A stretch of DNA of 32,000 nt, taken from the NCBI RefSeq assembly GCF_003010495.1, contig NZ_CP027570.1:2446943-2478942 (forward strand), in the 5' to 3' direction. Below, piece by piece: positions 1 through 10,210 of the stretch. The notes beneath the pieces are model-generated. The model was not told where the DNA came from. It worked only from the letters and a program-made list of their open reading frames with translations, and ran no database searches. This DNA comes from Megasphaera elsdenii DSM 20460. Lineage in GTDB: Bacteria; Bacillota; Negativicutes; Veillonellales; Megasphaeraceae. A program made the translations under genes and the position numbers. How positions within the stretch are numbered: position 1 is the first letter of the stretch; each line of letters begins with the position of its first letter.

Positions 1-311
1 TATTACAAAGGGAATCGAAATTTGAAGGGTCTGTACTCGGATTTATCGGCTATGGCCTCATCTTAGTCATCATTACGATTTGTACGTTCGGAATCGCCTA
101 CCCTTGGGGCGAAGTCATGTTCCGCCGCTGGATCTGCCGCAATACGATCATCGACGGCCAGCGTCTCACTTTTGATGGAACAGGTCTGCAGCTCTTCGGC
201 AGCTACATCAAATGGTGGTTCTTCACTCTCATCACGTTGGGCATCTATGGCTTCTGGCTGTTCAACAAGATGACAGCCTGGCGGGTCAAACATACGCATT
301 TCGCAGAATAA
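1..311 (+). CDS. DUF898/YjgN-family membrane protein, C-terminal part (5' end lies outside the window)
   Basis: The frame is open from base 3 to TAA at 309-311. Translation is LQRESKFEGSVLGFIGYGLILVIITICTFGIAYPWGEVMFRRW...DGQRLTFDGTGLQLFGSYIKWWFFTLITLGIYGFWLFNK. It shows two copies of the DUF898 pattern F-x-G-x-G ... T(L/F)GI(Y/A)YPW. A terminator follows directly. Confidence 0.6.
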   Translation, partial: LQRESKFEGSVLGFIGYGLILVIITICTFGIAYPWGEVMFRRWICRNTIIDGQRLTFDGTGLQLFGSYIKWWFFTLITLGIYGFWLFNKMTAWRVKHTHFAE

Positions 312-347
312 AAAAAAGGCGCTGTCACACGAAGGCAGCGCCTTTTT
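311..347. terminator. Bidirectional rho-independent terminator between convergent genes
   Basis: A-run 311-317, stem GGCGCTG (318-324) / CAGCGCC (336-342), T-run 343-347. It lies between the DUF898 stop (311) and the stop of the minus-strand gene (352). Confidence 0.75.
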
Positions 348-351
348 AACA

Positions 352-1578
352 CTATACGACCTGGAACAAATAGAATTTCAGGTAATTCGTTTCCGGAACG
401 TTCCAGAGGATGGGATGGTCCGGCGACTGCTGGCGGCCTTCAATCTGGCGGAGGCGGACGCCGGCGTCTTTGGCGGCATCGTGGAGCATCTGGCGGAACA
501 GATCGTCGCGCATGAAGTGCGAGCACGAGCAGGTCGCCAGATAGCCGCCGCGGGGCAGGAGTTTCATCGCTTTCAAGTTGATTTCCTTATAGCCCCGCAT
601 GGCGTTGCGGACGGTATGGCCCGACTTGGTGAAGGCCGGCGGGTCGAGGATGATGAAGTCATAGTCGTGGCACTTGTGGTCGGCCAGGTCGGTCAAGAGG
701 TCGAAGACGTTGGCCTGCTTGGCCGTGACGATGGCTTCCAAGCCGTTGCGGCGGATGTTCTCGTTAGTCATGTCAACGGCTTCCTGGGAAATATCGACAG
801 CCGTGACGCTGGCTGCCCCGCCCTTGGCCGCATTGAGGGCAAAGGCCCCGGTATGGGTGAAGCAGTCCAGGACGTGTTTGCCGGCGGCGATTTTGGCAAC
901 AGCCAGGCGGTTGTATTTCTGGTCCAGGAAGAAGCCCGTCTTCTGGCCATTTTCGACGTCTACATCATAGAGGATGCCGTTTTCGTCGATTGTCGTCAAG
1001 ACGCTGCCCGGCTGAGGCAGGAAGTCCGCTTCATACCAGCCTTTATACTCTTCCATGCCGTCCAGTTTACGGACCTTGACGTCATTCCGTTCGTAAATGC
1101 CGCGGATGGTGACGCCCATGGCAGCCAATTCATCGACGAGGGCTTTGAAGATGACCGGTTTTACCTGGTCCATGCCGTAGCACAAGGCCTGGGCGACGAG
1201 GACATCGTTGTAGCGGTCTACTGTCAACCCCGGCATATCGTCGGCATCGCCGAAGATGAGGCGGCAGCAGGCAAAGTCCTTATCGCCCATGACGGTCTTG
1301 CGGTAATCCAGGGCGTACTTGACCCGGCGCTGCCAGAAGGCTTCATCGAAGCGGTCGTTGGCATTGCGCGACACGATGCGCACGCGGATTTTGGAAATAT
1401 CATTGGCAAAGCCCGTCCCGAGATAGCGGTCCTTATCGCTGTAAACGTCGACGATGTCCCCGGTCTGATACGTGCCTTCGACATGGGTCACTTCTTCCCC
1501 ATATACCCAGGGGTGGCCACTGCGGGCGGCCCGTTCCCCTTTTTTCGTAATCGTTAATTTTGCATAAGGTCGGTTCAT
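352..1578 (-). CDS. Class I SAM-dependent rRNA (cytosine-C5) methyltransferase with N-terminal PUA-like domain (RlmI/YwbD-like)
   Basis: 408 aa. N-terminus KKGERAARSGHPWVYGEEV is the PUA/RlmI signature. The SAM fold is VLDCFTHTGAFAL...AVDIS...IILDPPAF. Confidence 0.85.
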   Translation of the reverse strand: MNRPYAKLTITKKGERAARSGHPWVYGEEVTHVEGTYQTGDIVDVYSDKDRYLGTGFANDISKIRVRIVSRNANDRFDEAFWQRRVKYALDYRKTVMGDKDFACCRLIFGDADDMPGLTVDRYNDVLVAQALCYGMDQVKPVIFKALVDELAAMGVTIRGIYERNDVKVRKLDGMEEYKGWYEADFLPQPGSVLTTIDENGILYDVDVENGQKTGFFLDQKYNRLAVAKIAAGKHVLDCFTHTGAFALNAAKGGAASVTAVDISQEAVDMTNENIRRNGLEAIVTAKQANVFDLLTDLADHKCHDYDFIILDPPAFTKSGHTVRNAMRGYKEINLKAMKLLPRGGYLATCSCSHFMRDDLFRQMLHDAAKDAGVRLRQIEGRQQSPDHPILWNVPETNYLKFYLFQVV

Positions 1579-1590
1579 AGTACCCCCGTT

Positions 1591-2994
1591 TTATAAAATA
1601 TAATGGCTCAAGTCGACGTTCTGGACGACGTCGTTCAGTTTGCCCGAAACGAATCCCTTGTTGACGACGATGTGTTTTTCGTCGATGTCCGGTGCTTCAT
1701 AAGCTACGTCTTCGAGGATTTTTTCCAAAATCGTGTGCAGCCGGCGGGCGCCGATGTTTTCCGTTTCTAAATTGACGCGGTATGCGTATTCGGCAATAGC
1801 GTCGATGCCGTCATCGGTAAATTCCAGGGTGACGCCGTCTGTTTCCAAGAGGGCCTTGTACTGTTTGACCAGGGACTGGTTCGGTTCAGTCAGGATGCGG
1901 CGGAAATCGTCGACTGTCAAGGACTGGAGTTCGACGCGGATCGGGAAGCGGCCCTGCAGTTCCGGAATGAGGTCGCTCGGCTTGGAAACGTGGAAGGCAC
2001 CGGCAGCGATGAAGAGGATGTGGTCCGTCTTGACCGGGCCGTATTTCGTATTGACCGTGGCCCCTTCGACGATGGGCAGGATGTCGCGCTGTACGCCTTC
2101 TCGGGAGACGTCCGGCCCGTTGGCGTGGCCTTTTTCAGCGATCTTATCAAATTCGTCGATGAAGACGATGCCCGATTCTTCTGTCGCTTCGATGGCTTTA
2201 TCGACGATGATGTCCATGTCCAGGCATTTTTCCAATTCTTCTTCCTTGAAGATTTCCCGGGCCTTGGCGACGGTCATCTTCTTTTTCTTCTTCTTTTTCG
2301 GCATGATGCTGCCCAGCATTTCCTGGAAGTTATTGGTTAGTTCTTCCGTCGAATTGCCCGTCAGGATGCCCTGGAAACCCTGGTTCTGTTCAGCCACTTC
2401 GACTTCGATTTCCCGGTCGTCCATCTTGTGGGCGCAAATATCTTCAAACATCTTCTGGCGGCGGTCGGACTTCGGTTCTTCGAGCTGCTTCGGTTCTTCC
2501 GGCGTATCTTCTTCATCATCGTCGCTGCTGAAGAAGACGTCCATCGGGTTCTTGACCTTTTCCTTGATGGATTTCTTGGGCCAGAAGACCTGAAGGATGC
2601 GCTTGTTGGCTTCTTCTTCCGCCTTTTCTTCATAGCGCTGGCTTTCCTGTTCCTGGACCATGCGGATGGCGTTGGCCACGAGGTCGCGGATCATCTGTTC
2701 GACGTCGCGACCGACATAGCCGACTTCCGTATATTTCGTCGCTTCGACTTTGATGAACGGTGCGCCGACGAGCTTGGCCAGGCGGCGGGCGATTTCTGTC
2801 TTGCCGACACCGGTCGGGCCGATGAGCAGGATGTTCTTGGGGATGATTTCATCCTGCATGTCTTCACTCAGGCGTTTGCGGCGCCAGCGGTTGCGCAGGG
2901 CGATGGAAACGGATTTCTTGGCTTCGCTCTGGCCGACGATGTATTTATTCAGTTCCGCCACGATCTGTTTTGGCGTCAATTCTGTTTTTTCCAT
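1591..2994 (-). CDS. hslU: ATP-dependent protease HslVU, ATPase subunit HslU
   Basis: 467 aa. N-terminus LTPKQIVAELNKYIVGQSEAKKSVSIALRNRWRR, Walker A GPTGVGKTEIARRLA, Walker B VFIDEFDKI, C-terminus GARRLHTILEKILED. It sits downstream of hslV. Confidence 0.97.
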   Translation of the reverse strand: MEKTELTPKQIVAELNKYIVGQSEAKKSVSIALRNRWRRKRLSEDMQDEIIPKNILLIGPTGVGKTEIARRLAKLVGAPFIKVEATKYTEVGYVGRDVEQMIRDLVANAIRMVQEQESQRYEEKAEEEANKRILQVFWPKKSIKEKVKNPMDVFFSSDDDEEDTPEEPKQLEEPKSDRRQKMFEDICAHKMDDREIEVEVAEQNQGFQGILTGNSTEELTNNFQEMLGSIMPKKKKKKKMTVAKAREIFKEEELEKCLDMDIIVDKAIEATEESGIVFIDEFDKIAEKGHANGPDVSREGVQRDILPIVEGATVNTKYGPVKTDHILFIAAGAFHVSKPSDLIPELQGRFPIRVELQSLTVDDFRRILTEPNQSLVKQYKALLETDGVTLEFTDDGIDAIAEYAYRVNLETENIGARRLHTILEKILEDVAYEAPDIDEKHIVVNKGFVSGKLNDVVQNVDLSHYIL

Positions 2995-3009
2995 GGAAAT
3001 ACCTCTTTC

Positions 3010-3561
3010 TTAGATTTCTTCGACAATGACATTGTGGTTGGTGTAAACGCAGATGTCCGCTGCGATATGCAGGGACTTTTCAGCGATATCCCGGGCCGAC
3101 AGGTCCGTATTCTGCAGAAGGGCCCGTGCCGAAGCCAGGGCGTAGTTACCGCCGGAACCGATAGCCAAGACGCCGTCATCCGGTTCAATGACTTCGCCAT
3201 TGCCGGAAATGAGCAGGATACGCTGACTGTCAGCGACCAGGAGCAGGGCTTCCAATTTATGGAGAATCTTGTCGGACCGCCAGTCCTTGGCCAGTTCGAC
3301 GGCGCTGCGGACGAGGTTGCCGTTGTGTTCGTTCAATTTAGCTTCAAAATGGTCGAATAAGGTGAACGCATCGGCGACAGAACCGGCAAAGCCGCTGATA
3401 ATCTTACCGTGGTAAAGGCGGCGGACTTTCTGGGCCGTCCCCTTCATGATGACGGCGTTGCCCATCGTGACCTGGCCGTCACCGGCAATGGCCGTCTTGC
3501 CGTCGCGCTGGACGGCGCATATCGTAGTAGCGTGGAATTCAGTAGACATTAATTCAGACAT
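3010..3561 (-). CDS. hslV: ATP-dependent protease HslVU, peptidase subunit HslV
   Basis: 183 aa. FHATTICAV with catalytic Thr after a short propeptide, then GDGQVT...[20 protein letters not shown] lies 6 nt before ATG 3561. The gene overlaps the trmFO 3' end by 13 nt. Confidence 0.95.
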   Translation of the reverse strand: MSELMSTEFHATTICAVQRDGKTAIAGDGQVTMGNAVIMKGTAQKVRRLYHGKIISGFAGSVADAFTLFDHFEAKLNEHNGNLVRSAVELAKDWRSDKILHKLEALLLVADSQRILLISGNGEVIEPDDGVLAIGSGGNYALASARALLQNTDLSARDIAEKSLHIAADICVYTNHNVIVEEI

Positions 3562-4874
3562 GGGTAATCCCCCTTCATTTGTTCGATTTCATCGAGCGCC
3601 CGCTGAGCCAGCAGGGCGTTCTTTTCTTTCTTCTTCATGCGCTTCTTGATGCCCAGCGGTTCCATGAGGCCGAAATTGATATTCATCGGCTGGAAATGGT
3701 CGTTCGGGCCGCTGGAGATATATTGGCTCAGGCCGCCCATGGCCGTACGCCTGGAAAAGGTCAATCCGTCTTCCCCTTGCAGGAGGCGGGCTGCATTGAC
3801 ACCGGCCAAAAGGCCCATGGCTGCCGATTCCAGGTAGCCTTCGACGCCGGTCAGCTGGCCGGCAAAGAGGAGGTTCGGCTGCTTGCGCAGCTGCAGCGTC
3901 GGCAAAAGCAGTTCCGGCGAATTGATGTAGGAATTGCGATGCATGACGCCGTAGCGGACGAATTCGGCGTGTTCCAGGCCGGGGATCATGGAAAAGACCC
4001 GTTTCTGTTCGGGGAACTTGAGGTGCGTCTGGAAGCCGACGATATTGTACAGCGTAGCACTGCCGTTATCCTGGCGCAGCTGGACGACAGCATAAGGCAG
4101 TTCACCCGTACCGGGCAGTTCCAGGCCGACCGGCTTCATCGGGCCATAGCGCATGGTGTCGATACCACGGCCAGCCATGACTTCGATAGGCATACAGCCT
4201 TCAAAGACACTGTCGTCCTTTTCAAATTCGTGGAGTTCGGCACATTCAGCCGTCGTCAGGGCCTGCCAGAAGGCTTCATATTCTTCTTTGGTAAAGGGGC
4301 AGTTCAGATAGTCTGCCCCGCCCTTGCCGTAACGGGCCGCGCGGTAGACCTTGGTCATGTCCAGGGAGTCGACGGCGACGATAGGCGCTGCGGCATCGTG
4401 GAAATGGAAATAGTCTTCCCCCGTCAGGCGGCGGATGGTATCGGCCAGGGCGTCACTGGTCAGAGGGCCGCTGGCGACGATGCAGATCTGGTCATCCGGC
4501 AGTTCCGTCACTTCTTCATGACGGATAGTGACCAAAGGATGATTCTTGAGTTTTTCCGTCACATACTGGCTGAAAGGGACGCGGTCGACGGCCAGAGCGC
4601 CGCCAGCCGGGACGCGGTGCGTATCGGCTGCGTCCATGATGAGCGAGCCCAGACGACGCATTTCTTCCTTCAAGAGGCCGACGGCGTTTTCGATATTGGC
4701 TGCCCGCAGGGAGTTGCTGCAGACGAGTTCAGCAAAATATTCTGTATGGTGTGCCGGCGACGATTTGACCGGCCGCATTTCGACGAGTTCTACTGGAACG
4801 CCGCGGCGGACGAGCTGCCAGGCAGCTTCCGAACCGGCCAGACCGGCACCGATGATTAAGACACTATTCTTCAT
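3549..4874 (-). CDS. trmFO: Methylenetetrahydrofolate--tRNA-(uracil54-C5)-methyltransferase TrmFO (Gid)
   Basis: 441 aa. FAD motif [15 protein letters not shown], then LVCSNSLR and [22 protein letters not shown]. It occupies the conserved Firmicute position between topA and hslV. Confidence 0.95.
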   Translation of the reverse strand: MKNSVLIIGAGLAGSEAAWQLVRRGVPVELVEMRPVKSSPAHHTEYFAELVCSNSLRAANIENAVGLLKEEMRRLGSLIMDAADTHRVPAGGALAVDRVPFSQYVTEKLKNHPLVTIRHEEVTELPDDQICIVASGPLTSDALADTIRRLTGEDYFHFHDAAAPIVAVDSLDMTKVYRAARYGKGGADYLNCPFTKEEYEAFWQALTTAECAELHEFEKDDSVFEGCMPIEVMAGRGIDTMRYGPMKPVGLELPGTGELPYAVVQLRQDNGSATLYNIVGFQTHLKFPEQKRVFSMIPGLEHAEFVRYGVMHRNSYINSPELLLPTLQLRKQPNLLFAGQLTGVEGYLESAAMGLLAGVNAARLLQGEDGLTFSRRTAMGGLSQYISSGPNDHFQPMNINFGLMEPLGIKKRMKKKEKNALLAQRALDEIEQMKGDYPCLN

Positions 4875-7134
4875 TCACTACCTCACCTTTTTTATGGTTT
4901 TCACATTCTGCATTGCTGCAAAAAATCTTATCAGGCCCTTTTTTATAATGTTTGACAATCATGATACTGCCGCAAACAGGACATTTCTTGTCGACAGGCT
5001 GGTTCCAGAGGACAAAGTCACATTCCGGATACTGGCTGCAGCCGTAGAAGACGCGGCCCCGCTTGGATTTGCGCTTGATGAGCGTCCCCTTGCCGCACTT
5101 GGGACAAGTAATGCCCAGGTCTTCGACGATGGCCTTGGTATTGCGACATTCCGGGAAATTAGAGCAGGCCAGGAACTTGCCGAACCGGCCGAATTTATAG
5201 ACCATAGGCGCGCCGCAGAGTTCGCAAACCTGCCCTGAATCCTGGCCGGAAATCGTGACCTTTTCCATCTTTTCTTCGGCTTCGTCCATTTCCGGCTTAA
5301 AAATATCGTAAAATTCCTGCAAGACGTGACGGTACGTATCCTGGCCCTGCTCGATGGCGTCCAGTTCTTCTTCCATGTGGGCCGTAAAGCCGACGTTGAT
5401 GATCTGGGCGAAATATTTTTTCAGTAAATCGACGATGATGACGCCCAGTTCTGTCGGGACGAACTGTTTGTCCTTCTTTTCTACGTAATTGCGGTTCTGG
5501 ATGGTATCCATGATCGGCGCATACGTACTCGGCCGGCCAATGCCCTTTTCTTCCAGCGTCTTGATCAGGCTGGCTTCGGTATAGCGGGCCGGCGGCTGAG
5601 TGAAATGCTGCTGCGGCGTGACCGCCTGATTGTGGACAACGGTATTCGCCGAAATGTGCGGCAGTTCAGCCAGAGTCTTATCTTTCTTGGCGTCTTCATA
5701 GAGTTCCGTAAAGCCCTTGAACAGGACCTTGTAGCCGGCAGCCCGCAGTTCATAGCGGCCGCTCTCGATGATGATGGCCATGTGTTCCGTTTCGACCGAT
5801 TCCATCTGGCTGGCCAGGAAGCGGTTCCAAATGAGGGTATACAGGCGCAGCTGGTCGCGGGACAGAAATTCCGACACCTTGTACGGCGTCAGTTCCAGCG
5901 ACGTCGGACGGATAGCTTCATGCGCATCCTGACTGGTCTGCTTGGTCTTGTAGACGCGGGGCTTTTCCGGGATATATTCTTCGCCATAGTTCGACGTAAT
6001 GAATTCCCGCGCAGCCTGGACCATGTCGTCGTTGATGCGGACCGAGTCTGTACGCATGTAGGTTATGAGGCCGACATGGCCCTGGTCGCCCATATCGAGG
6101 CCTTCATAGAGCTGCTGAGCCAGCATCATGGTCTTCTTGGCACCGAAATTGAGCTTGCTGACACATTCCTGCTGCATCGTCGACGTCGTGAACGGTGGCT
6201 GGGGCTGGCGTTTGCGCTTGCGCTTTTCGACTTTTACAATCATATCGGGGTCGTGCGTTTCGCCGCGGCTTTCCCAGGTCAAGTCGTGAGCAATGGTTTC
6301 GGCTGCCTCCTGTGTCGGGATTTCCGCCTTCTTGCCGTCGATCTTGGTCAGTTCCGTCGGCAACGTCAGGCCGTCTTCCGTCGTATAGGTCCCGCTGACA
6401 GTCCAATATTCTTCCGGTACGAAGGCCTTGATGGCTTCTTCCCGTTCACAGATGAGGCGGACGGCGACGGACTGGACGCGGCCGGCGCTGAGGCCCTTGC
6501 AGACTTTCTTCCACAGGAGAGGGCTCAATTTATAGCCGACGATGCGATCCAGGACGCGGCGGGCCTGCTGGGCGTCGACTTTCTTCAAATCGATTGGTTC
6601 CGGGTCCTTGATGGCCTCGAGGATGGCTTTCTTAGTAATTTCGTGGAACATGATGCGGCACTTATCGTGCGGATCGATTTCCAGCAAATGGGCCAAATGC
6701 CAGGAAATGGCTTCCCCTTCGCGGTCCGGGTCCGTTGCCAGATAGACTTTTTTCGAGCGGATGTATTCGTTCTGCAAGTCTTCGATGAGCTTGCGCTTAT
6801 CCCACATATTGGTATACGTCGGTACAAAACCGTCTTCGATATTGACACCGAACTGATTGCGCGGCAAATCGCGCAGGTGACCGCGGCTGGCCATGACCTT
6901 ATAGCCGCTGCCTAAAAAGCGTTCAATCGTCTTGGCCTTGGCCGGCGATTCGACGATGACCAGGTTCTTGGCGTTCTTCGGAAGCGGATCCAGCTTCTTC
7001 AGCGGTTCCTTCTTGGGCAGATTGACTGTGCCGTGGATGACGGTCTTCTCACCGTCGCCTTTTTTCTTGCGGCCTCGCTTCTTCTTTTTGGAATCATCAA
7101 TAATGATCGTGCGTTTAATCGGAAATTCTAACAT
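4864..7134 (-). CDS. topA: DNA topoisomerase I (type IA) with three C-terminal Zn-ribbons and a Lys-rich N-terminal extension
   Basis: 756 aa. Toprim [13 protein letters not shown], then [14 protein letters not shown] and ITYMRTDS (active-site Tyr). There are three CxxC...CxxC modules at the C-terminus. SD GGAGA precedes ATG 7134. Confidence 0.96.
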   Translation of the reverse strand: MLEFPIKRTIIIDDSKKKKRGRKKKGDGEKTVIHGTVNLPKKEPLKKLDPLPKNAKNLVIVESPAKAKTIERFLGSGYKVMASRGHLRDLPRNQFGVNIEDGFVPTYTNMWDKRKLIEDLQNEYIRSKKVYLATDPDREGEAISWHLAHLLEIDPHDKCRIMFHEITKKAILEAIKDPEPIDLKKVDAQQARRVLDRIVGYKLSPLLWKKVCKGLSAGRVQSVAVRLICEREEAIKAFVPEEYWTVSGTYTTEDGLTLPTELTKIDGKKAEIPTQEAAETIAHDLTWESRGETHDPDMIVKVEKRKRKRQPQPPFTTSTMQQECVSKLNFGAKKTMMLAQQLYEGLDMGDQGHVGLITYMRTDSVRINDDMVQAAREFITSNYGEEYIPEKPRVYKTKQTSQDAHEAIRPTSLELTPYKVSEFLSRDQLRLYTLIWNRFLASQMESVETEHMAIIIESGRYELRAAGYKVLFKGFTELYEDAKKDKTLAELPHISANTVVHNQAVTPQQHFTQPPARYTEASLIKTLEEKGIGRPSTYAPIMDTIQNRNYVEKKDKQFVPTELGVIIVDLLKKYFAQIINVGFTAHMEEELDAIEQGQDTYRHVLQEFYDIFKPEMDEAEEKMEKVTISGQDSGQVCELCGAPMVYKFGRFGKFLACSNFPECRNTKAIVEDLGITCPKCGKGTLIKRKSKRGRVFYGCSQYPECDFVLWNQPVDKKCPVCGSIMIVKHYKKGPDKIFCSNAECENHKKGEVVNEE

Positions 7135-7257
7135 CTATCTCCATCCTGCCTCTCGCTGTACACGAAATCTGAAAATGTACTTAAACTATTTTCCATCATA
7201 CACTATTCGCCGCTACCTTTCAAGGTGTGACTCTCTTTAATACTATAATATAGGTGC

Positions 7258-7295
7258 AAAAAAGGAGCTGTCGCATCGTGACAGCTCCTTTTTGA
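7258..7295. terminator. Rho-independent terminator ending the leu operon (symmetrical, usable in both directions)
   Basis: AAAAAGGAGCTGTC-GCATCGT-GACAGCTCCTTTTT. Stem 7264-7272 / 7280-7288 with A and T runs on both sides, 32 nt downstream of the leuB stop. Confidence 0.8.
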
Positions 7296-7326
7296 GTATT
7301 AAGTTAGCAGTTTGCAGCCAAACGAT

Positions 7327-8397
7327 TTATTGAATTTTGCTGATGATGACATCGGTCATCTTCTGGGTATCGGCTTTCTTAAAGCCTTCCTTATAGAGGT
7401 CCGGTGTGCGCCAGCCGTCCGCTAAGGCGGCATCGACGGCTTTTTCGATCTTGTCGGCCGCTACGTCTTCATCTAAGGAGTAGCGCAGGAGCATGGCTGC
7501 CGAGAGGATGGTCGCGCAGGGGTTGGCAATGCCCTGGCCAGCGATGTCCGGTGCCGAACCGTGGATCGGTTCGTAGAGGCTGGTCATTTCGCCGATGGAA
7601 GCCGACGGCATCATGCCGATGGAACCGCCGAGGACGGCCGCTTCGTCGCTGAGGATGTCGCCGAAGAGGTTGCTCGTGACGATGACGTCGAACTGTTTCG
7701 GATTGAGGGCCAGCTGCATGGCGCAGTTATCGACGTAGAAATGATTCAAGTCGATATCGGGATAGTCCTTGGCGACGTCGATGACCGTGCGGCGCCACAG
7801 GCGGGACGTAGCCAGGACGTTGGCCTTGTCGACGGACGTGACCTTATGACGGCGCTTCTGAGCCGCTTTCATGGCAAACGTGCTGATGCGCTGTACTTCC
7901 GGGACGCTGTAGTTTTCCAGGTCCCAGGCGCGTTCGACGCCGTTGTGGATTTCCGATTCGCAGCGGTCGCCGAAGTAGATGCCGCCGACGAGTTCGCGGA
8001 CGATGAGGACGTCCGTGCCGGTGACGATGTCCGGTTTGAGCGGCGAATATTCAGCCAGGACTTCCGGCACTTTGACCGGACGCAGGTTGACGTAGAGTCC
8101 CAAGGCCTTGCGCAGCCCTAAGACAGCCTGTTCGGGCCGCAGTTTCGGGTCGACGTTATCCCACTTGTCGCCGCCGACGGCGCCGAAGAGGATGGCATCG
8201 GCCTTCTTAGCCGCTTCAATCGTATCTTCCGGCAAGGGCGAGCCGCAGAGGTCATAAGCCGTACCGCCAGCCGGTTTCTTTTCAAAAGTCAGGCCAATGT
8301 GGCAGACTTCATCGATTTTCTGTAAAACTTTGACGGCACCTGCCGTGATTTCTTCCCCGATTCCGTCGCCGGGGATGACGACGATATGTTTAGCCAT
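7327..8397 (-). CDS. leuB: 3-isopropylmalate dehydrogenase
   Basis: 356 aa. IVVIPGDGIGEEI...NLFGDILSDEAAVLGGSIGMMPSAS...HGSAPDIAGQGIANP. It is the last gene of the leuACDB cluster. Confidence 0.96.
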   Translation of the reverse strand: MAKHIVVIPGDGIGEEITAGAVKVLQKIDEVCHIGLTFEKKPAGGTAYDLCGSPLPEDTIEAAKKADAILFGAVGGDKWDNVDPKLRPEQAVLGLRKALGLYVNLRPVKVPEVLAEYSPLKPDIVTGTDVLIVRELVGGIYFGDRCESEIHNGVERAWDLENYSVPEVQRISTFAMKAAQKRRHKVTSVDKANVLATSRLWRRTVIDVAKDYPDIDLNHFYVDNCAMQLALNPKQFDVIVTSNLFGDILSDEAAVLGGSIGMMPSASIGEMTSLYEPIHGSAPDIAGQGIANPCATILSAAMLLRYSLDEDVAADKIEKAVDAALADGWRTPDLYKEGFKKADTQKMTDVIISKIQ

Positions 8398-8398
8398 G

Positions 8399-8887
8399 TT
8401 ACTTAGACTCCTTTACGTAATTGATCAAGCCGCCAGCCTGGGCGATATCCTGGATGAAACCCGGCAGCGGCGGGGCCTGGAAAGTATCGCCCGTTGTCTT
8501 GTCGATGATCTTCCCCGTACTGAGGTCGATGGAAAGGATGTCACCGGCCTTGATCTTTTCGACGTCGTCGCCGATTTCCAGGGCCGGCAGGCCGACGTTG
8601 ATGGCGTTGCGGTAAAAGATGCGGGCGAAGCTGGCCGCAATGACGACGGGAACGCCCGAAGCCTTGATGGCAATCGGCGCGTGTTCACGGGACGAGCCGC
8701 AGCCGAAGTTGTGGCCGCCGACCATGATGTCCCCTTCTTTGACATTGCCGGCAAAAGTTTCGTCAATGTCGACCATGCAGTGCGTGGCCAATTCCTTCGG
8801 GTCGAAGCTGTTCAAATAACGAGCCGGGATGATTACGTCTGTATCGATATTGTCGCCGTAGCGCCATACTTTTCCTTCTAATGTCAT
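8399..8887 (-). CDS. leuD: 3-isopropylmalate dehydratase small subunit
   Basis: Homology begins at MTLEGKVWRYGDNIDTDVIIPARY (ATG 8885-8887), 2 nt after the leuC stop (8890-8892). The longer ORF reaching 9025 would overlap leuC and has an Arg/Ser-rich out-of-frame-looking N-terminus. GGHNFGCGSSREHAP is present. Confidence 0.93.
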   Translation of the reverse strand: MTLEGKVWRYGDNIDTDVIIPARYLNSFDPKELATHCMVDIDETFAGNVKEGDIMVGGHNFGCGSSREHAPIAIKASGVPVVIAASFARIFYRNAINVGLPALEIGDDVEKIKAGDILSIDLSTGKIIDKTTGDTFQAPPLPGFIQDIAQAGGLINYVKESK

Positions 8888-8889
8888 GA

Positions 8890-10149
8890 TTAACGGACCT
8901 CCTTCGGTGCGGCAATCTTGCCGAGAATCGCACTGGCTGCGGCCACCTGAGGACCAGCCAGGTAAACTTCGCTGTCGACGTGACCCATGCGGCCGCGGAA
9001 GTTGCGGTTCGTCGTGGAGACACATTTTTCACCAGCCGTCATGATGCCCATGTAGCCGCCCAGGCAGGGGCCGCAGGTCGGCGTCGAAACGGCACAGCCG
9101 GCGGTGATGAAGGTTTCAATATAACCGGCCTTCATGGCTTCCATGTAGACGTGCTGGCTGCCGGGAATGACGATGCAGCGCACATCAGGATGGACCTTAT
9201 GGCCTTTCAAAATATCTGCAGCGATTTTCAAATCTTCCAGACGGCCATTGGTACAGGACCCGATGACGACCTGGTCGATCTTGATGTCGCCGAAAGTGCC
9301 GATGACCTTGGTGTTTTCCGGCAAATGCGGGAAGGCGACGACCGGCTTTAATTCGGACAAGTTGATTTCCACAGTCCGGCTGTAATGAGCATCTTCGTCG
9401 GCCGTGACGATGTCGTAGCCATCGGGGACGCGTCCCTTTTCATAGGCCATGGTCTGTTCATCGACGGGGAAAATGCCGTTCTTGGCACCGGCTTCGATAG
9501 CCATGTTGGCAATGGTGAAGCGGTCGGTCATATCCAGGGCGGCAACGCCTTCGCCAGTAAATTCCAGGGACTGGTAGAGGGCACCGTCGACGCCGATCAT
9601 GCCGATAAGGGTCAGCATGACGTCTTTCCCGGTAATGTCGTCCGGTTTCGTGCCCGTCAGGTGGACGTTGATGGCATCGGGGACCTTGAACCAGGCCTTG
9701 CCCGTCGCCATGGCAACGCCTAAGTCCGTCGAACCGACGCCTGTGGAGAAACCACCGAGAGCACCATACGTACAGGTATGGGAATCTGCACCGATGGTCA
9801 ACATGCCCGGAGCGACGATGCCCTGTTCCGGCAGGAGGACGTGTTCAATGCCGACGCGGCCGACTTCAAAGTAATGCGTAATGCCGTGCTTCTTGGCAAA
9901 ATCGCGGACGATCTTGGCCAAGCCGGCCGACTTGATATCCTTATTCGGCGTAAAATGGTCTGGAACCAGGGAAATCTTCGTCTTATCGAAGACGGGCTTG
10001 CCAATCTTATTGAACTGTGCAATGGCCGGAGGAGCCGTAATATCGTTGGCCAGGACCATATCGAGATTACAAGTAATTAAATCACCCGGTTTCACCGAGT
10101 CGACGCCGGCATGTTTTGCCAGGATTTTCTGCGTCATCGTCATACCCAT
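8890..10149 (-). CDS. leuC: 3-isopropylmalate dehydratase large subunit
   Basis: About 419 aa. [11 protein letters not shown]...[14 protein letters not shown]...[11 protein letters not shown]...CGPCLG (aconitase-family Fe-S ligands). The listed ORF start at 10161 is a GTG overlapping the SD AAGGAG (10161-10166). ATG 10149 is the best-spaced start, and 10143 or 10137 are also possible. Confidence 0.93.
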   Translation of the reverse strand: MGMTMTQKILAKHAGVDSVKPGDLITCNLDMVLANDITAPPAIAQFNKIGKPVFDKTKISLVPDHFTPNKDIKSAGLAKIVRDFAKKHGITHYFEVGRVGIEHVLLPEQGIVAPGMLTIGADSHTCTYGALGGFSTGVGSTDLGVAMATGKAWFKVPDAINVHLTGTKPDDITGKDVMLTLIGMIGVDGALYQSLEFTGEGVAALDMTDRFTIANMAIEAGAKNGIFPVDEQTMAYEKGRVPDGYDIVTADEDAHYSRTVEINLSELKPVVAFPHLPENTKVIGTFGDIKIDQVVIGSCTNGRLEDLKIAADILKGHKVHPDVRCIVIPGSQHVYMEAMKAGYIETFITAGCAVSTPTCGPCLGGYMGIMTAGEKCVSTTNRNFRGRMGHVDSEVYLAGPQVAAASAILGKIAAPKEVR

Positions 10150-10210
10150 ATGTATATACACTCCTTAATATGTCACTAAAATCTAATACAGCTAAGTTTC
10201 TATCATGCTT

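Noticed and set aside
63-299. 78-aa minus-strand ORF at the left edge
   Set aside because: It is antisense to the DUF898 reading frame, which shows the family's duplicated TLGIY motif, and it has no recognisable features of its own.
415-1557. Long plus-strand ORF (380 aa) antisense to the RlmI-like gene. Similar mirror ORFs lie at 1733..2593, 2428..3360, 3579..4859, 5605..6915, 7561..8121, 10205..11167, 12606..14342 (578 aa), 14778..15860, 21487..22719, 22804..23805 and 23847..25076.
   Set aside because: Each lies exactly opposite a gene with unambiguous conserved motifs. Their translations are low-complexity (Ala/Gly/Arg/Asp/Val-rich) with no recognisable domain, which is typical of shadow ORFs in GC-rich coding DNA.
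2270-2300. Lys7 run in HslU (PKKKKKKKM) as a possible slippery homopolymer or frameshift site
   Set aside because: The DNA is a mix of ctt/ttt codons (cttctttttcttcttctttttc), not a long mononucleotide run. The frame is continuous and the flanking HslU I-domain sequence is normal.
7135-7257. Promoter for topA in the AT-rich stretch (TATTATAGTATTAAAG on the minus strand)
   Set aside because: Several overlapping -10-like hexamers are present, but I could not place a -35 at acceptable spacing, so it is too ambiguous to annotate.
8888-9025. N-terminal extension of the leuD ORF (208-aa version)
   Set aside because: The extra 46 residues overlap the leuC coding region in another frame and are Arg/Ser/Gly-rich. 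LeuD homology starts at MTLEGKVWRYGDN (ATG 8887), right after the leuC stop.
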